Under the pieces are notes generated by a model that saw only the letters and a list, made by a program, of their open reading frames with translations, was not told the origin of the DNA and did not search any database. Both the position numbers and the translations under genes were made by a program. From Promethearchaeota archaeon (lineage in GTDB: Archaea > Asgardarchaeota > Heimdallarchaeia > Hodarchaeales > Hodarchaeaceae): a DNA stretch of 64,000 nt. Every line of letters begins with the position of its first letter. The first letter of the stretch is position 1. Shown here in pieces: positions 1 to 8,388 of this stretch. Where the stretch lies: positions 96,001-160,000 of the forward strand of contig JBHLMN010000010.1 in assembly GCA_048938105.1 (NCBI GenBank), given 5' to 3'.

Positions 1-1
1 A

Positions 2-229
2 GGAATACCTTTCAAGGAATTTATTTTTCAACTAGATTCAAAATATCCTTCAAATGAACTTGACATTTTCCTTCTAAATAACAATATTCAAGGAGGTTTG
101 TCATTACACCCATATTTTCCAGAATTAAAACAATGTTATCTAACAGCAGTCACAGAGATGACAGATATTGTTGATATTGATCAATTCACTCAAAAAGTTC
201 GAGAATTCATCCTAGAACATAGAGGGTAA
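2..229 (+). CDS. gcvPA: Glycine cleavage system P protein subunit 1, C-terminal fragment (truncated by window edge)
   Basis: Frame 2 is open from the window start: GIPFKEF...IQGGLSLHPYFPELKQCYLTAVTEMTDIVDIDQF...*, typical of the GcvPA C-terminus. It stops 4 nt before gcvPB. Confidence 0.85.
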   Translation, partial: GIPFKEFIFQLDSKYPSNELDIFLLNNNIQGGLSLHPYFPELKQCYLTAVTEMTDIVDIDQFTQKVREFILEHRG

Positions 230-233
230 CAAA

Positions 234-1766
234 ATGTTCAAACAAACGGCATGGGAAAAGTCCTTGATCTTTGATCTATCGATTCCAGGAAGAATAGGAT
301 ATCAGGTGGGTGAATTATCTGATATAGAAAAACCATTACTCACTAAGTCAAAACAAAGAATTTCTTCACGGATTATACGTAAAGAACGACTAAATCTTCC
401 AGAAGTTAGTGAACTCTCTGTGGTTCGACATTTTACAAGGCTTTCTCAAATGAATTATGGTGTTGATACAGGATTTTATCCCTTAGGCAGTTGTACAATG
501 AAATATAATCCTAAGATCTGTGATCTTGTTACCACCTTCCCAGAGGCTCAAAATATTCATCCATATCAAGATCCAAGTACAGTGCAAGGATCACTCCAAA
601 TTATGTTCCAATTAGCAAAATGGTTGGCTGAACTCTCTGGAATGAGCAAAGTAACCCTCCAACCAGCCGCAGGAGCCCATGGAGAATATACTGGTATGAT
701 GATAGTCCGTAAATACCATGAGTCAAAGGGAAATTTCAACAAAAAAACAGAAATAATTATTCCAGACAGTGCACATGGAACAAATCCAGCTACAGCCACA
801 ATGTGTGGCTTCAAAACAGTAGTTATACCGTCTAATGAAGATGGTTGTGTTGACCTAGAAGCATTACGATCAGCTGTTTCTGATAGAACAGCAGGTATGA
901 TGCTTACCAATCCCAATACCCTAGGTATCTTTGAACAGCATATTGAGGATATTCTCAAAGTTATCCATGATGTTGATGGTCTCGCATACTATGATGGGGC
1001 AAACTTTAACGCTATAATGGGTAAAGTGAGACCAGGAGATATGGGATTTGATATTGTGCATTTTAACCTCCATAAAACTTTTGCCACTCCACATGGAGGT
1101 GGTGGTCCAGGTGCGGGGCCTGTTGGAGTCATACAACGATTAGAACCTTATCTACCTGTTCCAACAATAGATTTTGATCCTAAAACTCATACATATTTCT
1201 ACCAATATGATCATCCTTTATCGATTGGTAAAGTTCGGAGTTATTTTGGTAATTTTTCCATCATACTCAGAGCTTTCACATATATTCTAAGATTAGGTTC
1301 TGAAGGGTTAAAAGCAGTCTCTGAAATGGCAGTTTTAAACGCAAACTATATGAAAGCTCTGTGTAAATCAATAAAAGGGTTTTCAGTTCCCTATGGTAAA
1401 GATTCTATTTGTATGCATGAATTTGTATTGTCATCGAAACAGATTCTTAAAGATATAGGCATTTCAGCTATTGATATTTCAAAATTCATTATTGATAGGG
1501 GTTTTCATCCACCAACTGTATATTTTCCTCTAATTGTGTCAGAAGCCTTAATGATTGAACCAACTGAAACAGAACCAAAAAAGATGCTAGATGGTTATAT
1601 AGAAATTTTGAAGGATGTTTCCAGATTAGCGTATTCAAACCAAGAGAATCAGCAAAAACAGATCCTAGAAGCCCCTTTTAACGCTTCAGTAAAGCGTATT
1701 GATGACGTGAAAGCAGCTAGGAACCCAATATTGAGCTATCGAATGTTAAAACAACAGGAAGGATGA
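234..1766 (+). CDS. gcvPB: Glycine cleavage system P protein subunit 2 (PLP-dependent glycine dehydrogenase)
   Basis: YPLGSCTMKYNP, QPAAGAHGE, HFNLHKTFATPHGGGGPG (PLP lysine), PPTVYFPLIV, EPTETE motifs. Confidence 0.97.
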   Translation: MFKQTAWEKSLIFDLSIPGRIGYQVGELSDIEKPLLTKSKQRISSRIIRKERLNLPEVSELSVVRHFTRLSQMNYGVDTGFYPLGSCTMKYNPKICDLVTTFPEAQNIHPYQDPSTVQGSLQIMFQLAKWLAELSGMSKVTLQPAAGAHGEYTGMMIVRKYHESKGNFNKKTEIIIPDSAHGTNPATATMCGFKTVVIPSNEDGCVDLEALRSAVSDRTAGMMLTNPNTLGIFEQHIEDILKVIHDVDGLAYYDGANFNAIMGKVRPGDMGFDIVHFNLHKTFATPHGGGGPGAGPVGVIQRLEPYLPVPTIDFDPKTHTYFYQYDHPLSIGKVRSYFGNFSIILRAFTYILRLGSEGLKAVSEMAVLNANYMKALCKSIKGFSVPYGKDSICMHEFVLSSKQILKDIGISAIDISKFIIDRGFHPPTVYFPLIVSEALMIEPTETEPKKMLDGYIEILKDVSRLAYSNQENQQKQILEAPFNASVKRIDDVKAARNPILSYRMLKQQEG

Positions 1767-1796
1767 TTCCTTACCGAAAAATGGCTAGAGAAAATA

Positions 1797-2450
1797 TTAT
1801 CCACTATCTTTATGGTTATTACGCTGTAAATGGGTCTTTAACATCTTATCAAATGCTTTTACAAGATCTAATCTGTCAAGAGAGAGTACCACATCCCCTC
1901 GTGTTTTTTCTGTAATGTTTCGAGCGAAATCAGTCTTTTTTCTTAGATTATATGTTAATCTATCTGGATAATCTAAAGTAATTAAAAACGAATATAGGTC
2001 ATCCATCATGTCAAGTGCTTTAATTGCTGTCTCATTCTCTTTCTTTCTAAGTGAATCAAGAGCCACTCTACGTAGTTCACCAATAAAATCAGGAATGCCA
2101 TGAAGGTAAGCTAAATAGGGTATTTTAAGATCGAAATAACTAGGGAAAGGTTGATTTTGAAGAAAAGAGCTAAGAAAAACAGCTTCAGCATACTCCTGAT
2201 TACAAGATAAAATCATACCAAATGGTGACGGATTCATATCTTGAGCTAGATCATTAATTCTAGCAATCAAAATACTATTTTCTTCAATTATTTTTACTGC
2301 TGCCTCGATTTCTTTCCGATGCAAATGTCGGATGGCAATTGATGAATTACGAATGGAAAGACGGCCTAATTTTATCAATTCTTCACGAGCTTCATTGTCA
2401 AGTTCTATCTTATTCCTTATTTCTGAAAACAATTCTTCCATTTCAGCCAT
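1797..2450 (-). CDS. Translin/TRAX (C3PO-like) RNA-binding endonuclease
   Basis: All-helical 217 aa with QEYAEA and YLHGIPDFIGELRR (acidic catalytic residues of archaeal translin/TRAX) and LRKKTD. Confidence 0.88.
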   Translation of the reverse strand: MAEMEELFSEIRNKIELDNEAREELIKLGRLSIRNSSIAIRHLHRKEIEAAVKIIEENSILIARINDLAQDMNPSPFGMILSCNQEYAEAVFLSSFLQNQPFPSYFDLKIPYLAYLHGIPDFIGELRRVALDSLRKKENETAIKALDMMDDLYSFLITLDYPDRLTYNLRKKTDFARNITEKTRGDVVLSLDRLDLVKAFDKMLKTHLQRNNHKDSG

Positions 2451-2569
2451 TTGTATTACCTGATTTCATTAATGTCCTCTCCCATGGATTGAATATACCT
2501 ATAATTACTATAAGACCATATATGACATGAATCTATATTCCACGGATTTCATTATCTTTTTTATATATA

Positions 2570-2706
2570 TGCGGGGGGTGAGATTTGAACTCACGAACGC
2601 CTATGCGACTGGATCCTAAGTCCAGCTCCTTTTGCCAGTATTTCATAATAACTAATCATTGTTTTCGCTTTTATCCATACCTTTGACCTGGCTGGGAAAC
2701 CCCCGC
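2570..2706 (-). tRNA. tRNA-Leu(TAG) with a ~52-nt non-canonical intron in the D-arm (approx. 2628-2679)
   Basis: Minus strand GCGGGGGTTTCCCAGCCAGGTCAAAGG-[52 nt]-AGCTGGA CT TAG GA TCCAG, long variable arm, GTGAG TTCAAAT CTCAC CCCCCGC A. Acceptor, anticodon and T stems all pair; CCA is not encoded. Confidence 0.93.
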
Positions 2707-2714
2707 AATAGATT

Positions 2715-3026
2715 CTATAATTCTAAATTGATACCAACGGCTTGTCGAATTAGTTCAGCCAGGGGGTCTTTAACATCTTTTTGTATTAAAGGTAGCTCCA
2801 TTATAACAGGGAAAGGATTTTTTGTCATAAATTCAGTAATTTCTTGGTGATAACGTTCGGCAATATCAGGAGTAATCAAAATTATACTAATATCTTTCCG
2901 TAACCATAAACTAGATAATATCTCGAAAGGGTCTTCATGCTCTTCCTCTAAAGGGTAAACTTCTCCTATCCCTGCCAATTTAAGCCACTTACATGTTTCA
3001 GGATCACCAATAACAGTTATATAGAT
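2715..3026 (-). CDS. atpF: A/V-type ATP synthase subunit F (probable ATC start at 3026; ORF track starts at 2978)
   Basis: The in-frame extension gives YITVIGDPETCKWLKLAGIG, the subunit F N-terminal motif. Also ISIILITPDIAE, FPVIMELP and LIRQAVGINL. Confidence 0.9.
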   Translation of the reverse strand: MYITVIGDPETCKWLKLAGIGEVYPLEEEHEDPFEILSSLWLRKDISIILITPDIAERYHQEITEFMTKNPFPVIMELPLIQKDVKDPLAELIRQAVGINLEL

Positions 3027-3040
3027 TTTCTTTCACCTCA

Positions 3041-3355
3041 TTACTCTTCTAGAATGGAGTGAGTCACCATATCAATAGCTTTTTCCATATTTTTCGAAGC
3101 CTGTTCTTCTAATTCCTTTTTCTGGTTTTCTGTTTGATTTTCAAGCTCCTTAATTTTAGCTTTAAAATCCTCACGGATTTTTTCCATCTGATCAGTTTGA
3201 ACGGCTGATTTTGTTGCACTTGCTTGTTTAAGTATCTTTTTAGCTTCTGAACGCGCCTCATCAATAATCTTTTGAGCCTCAAGAGTCGCTTCATTGATTA
3301 TCCTTTCAGCTTTTTTCTCTGCATCTCGAATGAGATGTAATAAGTCACCAGTCAT
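3041..3355 (-). CDS. atpH: A/V-type ATP synthase peripheral stalk subunit H (G-like)
   Basis: 104-aa coiled coil (LIRDAEKKAERIINEA...EAQKIIDEARSEAKKIL...KNMEKAIDMVTHSIL) directly upstream of atpF. Confidence 0.75.
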   Translation of the reverse strand: MTGDLLHLIRDAEKKAERIINEATLEAQKIIDEARSEAKKILKQASATKSAVQTDQMEKIREDFKAKIKELENQTENQKKELEEQASKNMEKAIDMVTHSILEE

Positions 3356-3386
3356 TGTTAAGAACTCATGTAAAGGTTAGTGTAAA

Positions 3387-3461
3387 TGGGTCGGAGCAGA
3401 TTTGAACTGCTGACTTCTTGGGTGTAAGCCAAGTGTCATAACCAGGCTAGACCACCGACCC
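3387..3461 (-). tRNA. tRNA-Val(TAC), no intron
   Basis: GGGTCGG TG GTCT AGCCTGGTTA TGAC A CTTGG CT TAC AC CCAAG AAGTC AGCAG TTCAAAT CTGCT CCGACCC A. Confidence 0.97.
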
Positions 3462-3647
3462 TTTCTATGGTTATTGGTGGCTTTCTGTTGTTGATTGTAG
3501 GATTTATTTCTGTTCTAGTCTACATTACCTTGCTAGGAAAAGGAATTTATAATTTATTGCTTTTTGTAAATTGCACTTCACACTATTAAGAAGAAGTATT
3601 TTGCTTTAAGTGACTTCAATAATTGAAGAAATAAGGATCCTTGTGAA

Positions 3648-4682
3648 ATGGGCACCCAAATTGGAAAATTATTATCCAAATGTCGTGTTGAAATTGAATA
3701 TTCTGATTTATATGGAAAAAAGATCGGAATTGACGCTTATAATATGATCTATGCCTTCTTGGCACCAATTCGATATCGTCAGACTGGAGGAGGATATCTT
3801 ACTGATTCGGATGGTAATGTTACTAGTCATCTTTCGGGGCTTTTTTATAAGTTAACAAACTTATTACCCAATAATATCCGTCCTGTTTTCATTTTTGACG
3901 GCAAACCTCCCAAATTTAAGGAGACAGAAATTAAAATGCGTCAAGAAAAGAAGAAAGAAGCTGCAATAAGACGTGAAGAAGCTCTTGCTAAAGGAGATCT
4001 TGAGAGTGCAATGAAATATGCTGCAGTAACTTCCAAAATTACCCCTCAGATAATTGACGACGCAAAACGCCTTATCAAGTATTTTGGGCTTCCTTCGATT
4101 CAAGCTGCTTCTGAAGCCGAGGCTCAAGGTGCCTATATGGTACAGGAAGGTAAACTCGATGCAATGGCTTCTCAAGATTACGATTCCTTCTTATTTGGAA
4201 GTCCTCAAGTTATCCGTAATTTAACTGTGACAAGAAGGAGGATAGCATCGAAACAAGGAACTTTTGAATTGACACCGGAAAAAGTTAATTTTAATGAGCT
4301 GCTTGATGAATTAAAGTTTACTAATAGAGATCAATTGATTATGTTAGGTCTGCTTGTCGGAACAGACTATAATCCCAAGGGTGTAAGGGGAGTCGGACCT
4401 AAAACAGGACTCCGCTTAGTCCATAAATATATAACTCCCAATTCCCTCTTCGCATATCTAAATGCAAACTATTCCATCAAAGAATGTTTTCCATACCCTC
4501 CTGAAATACTGCTAGATTATTTTAGAACTCCTGAAGTTGATAAGGAATCTAAATTTACTTTCCGTGAACCAGAAATTTCTAAGATTAAGGAATTTCTTAT
4601 TGAGGAGAGGGATTTCAATAAAGATAGAATTGAGAAGCAATTAAGACAAATTATGAGAAAAACTCTCGATAGGTTTTTTTAG
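3648..4682 (+). CDS. fen: Flap endonuclease 1
   Basis: IGIDAYNMIYAFL, TSHLSGLFY, FIFDGKPP, SEAEAQ, SQDYDSFLFG, GTDYNPKGVRGVGPKT, C-terminal PIP-like TLDRFF. Confidence 0.96.
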   Translation: MGTQIGKLLSKCRVEIEYSDLYGKKIGIDAYNMIYAFLAPIRYRQTGGGYLTDSDGNVTSHLSGLFYKLTNLLPNNIRPVFIFDGKPPKFKETEIKMRQEKKKEAAIRREEALAKGDLESAMKYAAVTSKITPQIIDDAKRLIKYFGLPSIQAASEAEAQGAYMVQEGKLDAMASQDYDSFLFGSPQVIRNLTVTRRRIASKQGTFELTPEKVNFNELLDELKFTNRDQLIMLGLLVGTDYNPKGVRGVGPKTGLRLVHKYITPNSLFAYLNANYSIKECFPYPPEILLDYFRTPEVDKESKFTFREPEISKIKEFLIEERDFNKDRIEKQLRQIMRKTLDRFF

Positions 4683-4693
4683 ATTATTCAGGC

Positions 4694-5362
4694 TTAAACA
4701 CCGTATTTCCCTCTGAGGGGAACAAATGCAACTGATGATAATTTCTCTTTTTTTAATTCATTATCATTAATTTTCCAATATCGAGTCATCTGTTGCCAAA
4801 GTCCTGGCCGTCCCAAAGGCATCACTAAGCATCCATCAATCTTTAATTGATTCTTTAATGGGGGAGGAACGATTGGTCCAGCAGCAGTTAAGATAACTCG
4901 ATCATAAGGAGCTTTATCTTCATATCCTAAGGTTCCATCACCTTCAATGACTGTGACAGAACTATCGAATCCAGCACGAGTAAGGTTCTCCCTGGCAAAC
5001 TCAACTAATTTAGGTACAATTTCTATCGAATATACATGGCCAGGAGCTTCATCAGCTGCTACAATAGCTGCAATCAATGCAGCCTGGTAACCAGAACCTG
5101 CTCCTATTTCAAGGATTCTTTGGCCAGGAGCTAATTCAAGGTAATCCAAAATCATAATAGTCATGTGTGGAGCAGAAATAGTCTGTCCTGTATTCATCAA
5201 TGGTAATGGATGGTCTACATATGCGGAGGAAGCCATTTGTGTGGGAATAAACTTCTCCCGTGGAACTCGTCTGAAGGCATCAAAAGCTTTCTCGTCTTTA
5301 ACGTATCCTCTTCGCCGGTAATGATTAATTAATTGTTCTTTTACCACTGTATAGTCTGTCAT
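4694..5362 (-). CDS. pcm: Protein-L-isoaspartate O-methyltransferase
   Basis: VPREKF, GQTISAPHM, LEIGAGSGYQAA, GDGTLGY..APYDR, VAFVPLRG. Confidence 0.96.
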   Translation of the reverse strand: MTDYTVVKEQLINHYRRRGYVKDEKAFDAFRRVPREKFIPTQMASSAYVDHPLPLMNTGQTISAPHMTIMILDYLELAPGQRILEIGAGSGYQAALIAAIVAADEAPGHVYSIEIVPKLVEFARENLTRAGFDSSVTVIEGDGTLGYEDKAPYDRVILTAAGPIVPPPLKNQLKIDGCLVMPLGRPGLWQQMTRYWKINDNELKKEKLSSVAFVPLRGKYGV

Positions 5363-5407
5363 CCTAATTTCCCTTATAATTATGTAAAATCCACTTAAGA
5401 ACTTCTT

Positions 5408-6460
5408 TTAAACCAGCTGTAAATCTACATTTACTTGAACTCGAGAGGGGGAGACCTCTCTGCCTACTTTAATATATAGTTCTTTATAAGAATTAATGTT
5501 TCCTAGCTTTCTGGAGATCATATTATGAATCTGTACTTTAGGTTTCTCAAATTTTGAAATAAATTGGTAAAAAGTAATTATTCCTCCTTTTTTCAGTAAT
5601 TTTGCGGCATAAGGAAGATAATTCACTGACTCGTATGGGAGATTTATTATTATTCGATCAAAATAACCTTGAAATCTCAAAATATTTCGAGAATCCCCTA
5701 TAATAGGATGAATATTTCCTTGAAGCTTATTTCTCTTAACACTTCTTTTTAATGCATGTATTGCAGAAGGATTGATATCGATCGCGACTATTCTACATTG
5801 AGATTCTTTTGCACAATGCAAAGCAAACGATCCAACACCTGTAAACATATCTAGAATGATTTCACCAGGGTTTACAGACATAGCAACACGATGATGCTCT
5901 TCAGCCAATCGTGGGTTGAAATACGCTCGTTCAAGATCAACAAATATAAATACACCATATTCTTGATGCCAACTTTGCCAGATCTTTTTTCCTGCAAGAT
6001 ATTCTACAGGATATAGTCTTTTAGCTCCCTTAATAATGTCCCTTTTATTCAATACAGCTTTGAGGCGAGAAAATCGAGATAATATTAATTCACCCACTCG
6101 TTGACGAAATGAAAGTGTAGTTAAGGATGGATCAAGCTTCAAAACTGCGATCTCTCCTAATTGGTCGAACTTCAAAGAGATTCCATCCCAATTCAAATTT
6201 GGATATTCTTTTTGAAGACTTTCAACGATCGACTCTTGTTCTGAACGGCTTGGAAATTCCCATTTTTGAAATTTGTAAGAAATATCACCTAATATTTTAG
6301 GGATTTGTGTGGGATCATTGATAGGGAAAAATACACAATCCTGCGACTTAATTGGTTTCTTATTAGAAATAATAAGATTTGATTTAACCAAACGGAGACG
6401 TACTGCTTCAGCATCTTTGAGGGGAACACCAACTCCAAATGTTGATTGCTGACTTGCTAT
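5408..6460 (-). CDS. trm5: tRNA (guanine37-N1) methyltransferase Trm5 family (probable ATA start at 6460; ORF track starts at 6391)
   Basis: FDQLGEIAVL, VDLERAYFNPRLAEEHHR, DMFTGVGSF, IDINPSA, DRIIINLP. The N-terminal D1-like segment GVPLKDAEAVRLRL lies upstream of the TTG. Confidence 0.88.
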   Translation of the reverse strand: MASQQSTFGVGVPLKDAEAVRLRLVKSNLIISNKKPIKSQDCVFFPINDPTQIPKILGDISYKFQKWEFPSRSEQESIVESLQKEYPNLNWDGISLKFDQLGEIAVLKLDPSLTTLSFRQRVGELILSRFSRLKAVLNKRDIIKGAKRLYPVEYLAGKKIWQSWHQEYGVFIFVDLERAYFNPRLAEEHHRVAMSVNPGEIILDMFTGVGSFALHCAKESQCRIVAIDINPSAIHALKRSVKRNKLQGNIHPIIGDSRNILRFQGYFDRIIINLPYESVNYLPYAAKLLKKGGIITFYQFISKFEKPKVQIHNMISRKLGNINSYKELYIKVGREVSPSRVQVNVDLQLV

Positions 6461-6591
6461 TGGCCCGACTCTCCGGATTTATTTACTTGTTTGGAATAAA
6501 CCTACATTTATCTTACTCTTGATCTGATAACCCCAAATAATTTCTTATCTTGAAAGAAAGAAGAGAGAAATACTTAAGAAACGGGCATTAA

Positions 6592-6695
6592 CGGGCGCAG
6601 AGGGACTTGAACCCCCGACCAACGGGTATCTTCAGATTAAATAAGCATAATAACCTTTAAGAGCCCGCCGCTCTACCTTGCTGAGCTATGCGCCC
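6592..6695 (-). tRNA. tRNA-Lys(CTT) with 30-nt intron at canonical 37/38 (6628-6657)
   Basis: GGGCGCA TA GCTC AGCAAGGTA GAGC G GCGGG CT CTT A [AAGGTTATTATGCTTATTTAATCTGAAGAT] A CCCGT TGGTC GGGGG TTCAAGT CCCTC TGCGCCC G; BHB-like junction. Confidence 0.95.
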
Positions 6696-6878
6696 TTTAT
6701 GATGTCATTTTCTTTTTTCAACAGGAGTTATAAAAATAATGGGGTTTATAATTTTATGTGATTTCGCCTTTCTAGAATAAATAAGCGTTTCCATGCTGTA
6801 TTTATGTATAAAAGGTTCTAACAAGTGATTACCCTAAAACAAATGAAACATAAATTCATGAGTATAGGGACTATTCGG

Positions 6879-7601
6879 ATGAGTGTCATGGTAGAAAGTG
6901 AGAAAAAAGGTAGTATTGAGATTACTGATTATTTAAATCTATTAATTGCAATAGGTAAGATGGGAGGCACTCGTCGTCCTGTGTTTAGTACAACAAGTGA
7001 ACTAGGGAAAAAAGTAGGAATTTCCCAGCAAAGTGCCTCACGAAAACTAACAAAAATGGAAAATGAACATCTTATTGTTCGTAATTATAAACAGCGAGGA
7101 AATACAATTAAGATCACCCCCAAAGGTATAAAATCACTTGAACGGGTGTTTACAGATCTATGGATGATATTGACTGCTGAGGGACGAGAACTAGCAGAAA
7201 AAATTACAGTAAAAGGAACAGTATGTACAGGAATGGGGGAAGGGGCGTATTACATGAGACAAGGAGGATATAAAAACCAGTTTACTTCACTTCTTGGTTT
7301 TGAACCTTTCATGGGTACTTTGAACTTACAACTACTAGAGGAATCTAGTTTAAGGAACTTTGAGCGTATATTACGGAGCCCATCTCAGTTTATAAAGGAA
7401 TTTACAAAAGATGGACGAAGATTTGGTAAAGTCTTTGTATGGCCAACTTACCTGTTAATAAAAAACCATAAAATACCCTCTGCTTTAATTCATCCTGATC
7501 GAACTCACCATAGCAATCAAATAGAATTAATTGCAGAAGAGAATATTAAAAAAACCTACGGAGTAAAAGATGGGGATGTCCTAGAAATTATCCTGCAATA
7601 A
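6879..7601 (+). CDS. ribK: CTP-dependent riboflavin kinase with N-terminal wHTH (RbkR-type)
   Basis: TTSELGKKVGISQQSASRKL HTH; GTVCTGMGEGAYYM, LGFEPFMGTLN, PDRTHH, IELIA. Start is uncertain (6825-6888). Confidence 0.93.
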   Translation: MSVMVESEKKGSIEITDYLNLLIAIGKMGGTRRPVFSTTSELGKKVGISQQSASRKLTKMENEHLIVRNYKQRGNTIKITPKGIKSLERVFTDLWMILTAEGRELAEKITVKGTVCTGMGEGAYYMRQGGYKNQFTSLLGFEPFMGTLNLQLLEESSLRNFERILRSPSQFIKEFTKDGRRFGKVFVWPTYLLIKNHKIPSALIHPDRTHHSNQIELIAEENIKKTYGVKDGDVLEIILQ

Positions 7602-7628
7602 TTTAAAGAGAGAAAATTCGAGAGTATC

Positions 7629-8300
7629 TTATTCGAAAGAATGTTTATCTAAATTCTTGAATTTCAAAGAGGATTTTTCTTTTGGAATTCTAGCTTTTAA
7701 TTTAACTATCTCGATATTTTGGAGATTGTTGTCACTTAAAAGTTTGGACAACCTAGCTTCTGAAAGAGATTGATCGTAACCCAATGCAATTACATCTGGT
7801 TTGATTTTAATGACTATATCTAGAAACTTTTGGGGATTAGATGTCCCCTTCTCAACAATATCAACAATATCAATATGTTTCAGTAATTCTACACGACTAG
7901 ATTGAGAATTGAGCGGGGGACGCCCTTTATTCGCTTTAACAGTTTCATCAGAAGCTACAACTACAAATAACACATCACCTAGACTTCTTGCTTCTTTCAG
8001 TGTCTTCAAATGGCCTAGATGCACAATATCAAAGACTCCACCCGTTAACACTATCTTTAAGTTGTTAATTCCACCTATTGTAATTTTATAATCTTCAGGA
8101 GGGTCTGAGACTGACTCTACCATGTGAAGGCTTTTCAATACGGATAGAAGCGTCTTTCCTTCATCTTCTGTTCGTCTCAGACTGCTGGAAAAGTCAAAAA
8201 CACTAAAACTCTCCTTCTCACATGTTAACAAGTAAGCTGTCTTTAAAAATTCTTTTAAAAGATCCTGAAACACCTCATTAGATTTTGATTCACTTTTCAT
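7629..8300 (-). CDS. ribL: FAD synthase (cytidylyltransferase family) with N-terminal wHTH-like extension
   Basis: GGVFDIVHLGHLKTLKEA, VVVASD, KGRPP, KPDVIALGYDQ; convergent with ribK. Confidence 0.85.
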   Translation of the reverse strand: MKSESKSNEVFQDLLKEFLKTAYLLTCEKESFSVFDFSSSLRRTEDEGKTLLSVLKSLHMVESVSDPPEDYKITIGGINNLKIVLTGGVFDIVHLGHLKTLKEARSLGDVLFVVVASDETVKANKGRPPLNSQSSRVELLKHIDIVDIVEKGTSNPQKFLDIVIKIKPDVIALGYDQSLSEARLSKLLSDNNLQNIEIVKLKARIPKEKSSLKFKNLDKHSFE

Positions 8301-8388
8301 CTTGAATAACCAGCAATCGACTGAGTTTTTGAATCTTGTTAAATTTTATCAGTCATAATTTTATTTGCCATATTTTTATCAGTAGGAG

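Noticed and set aside
4650-4682. FEN1 PIP box lacking Gln (RKTLDRFF)
   Set aside because: The hydrophobic core LxxFF is intact; minor variation
6581-6597. ACGGGC duplication at the tRNA-Lys 3' end as an att remnant
   Set aside because: Only 6-7 bp, with no integrase or distant copy seen
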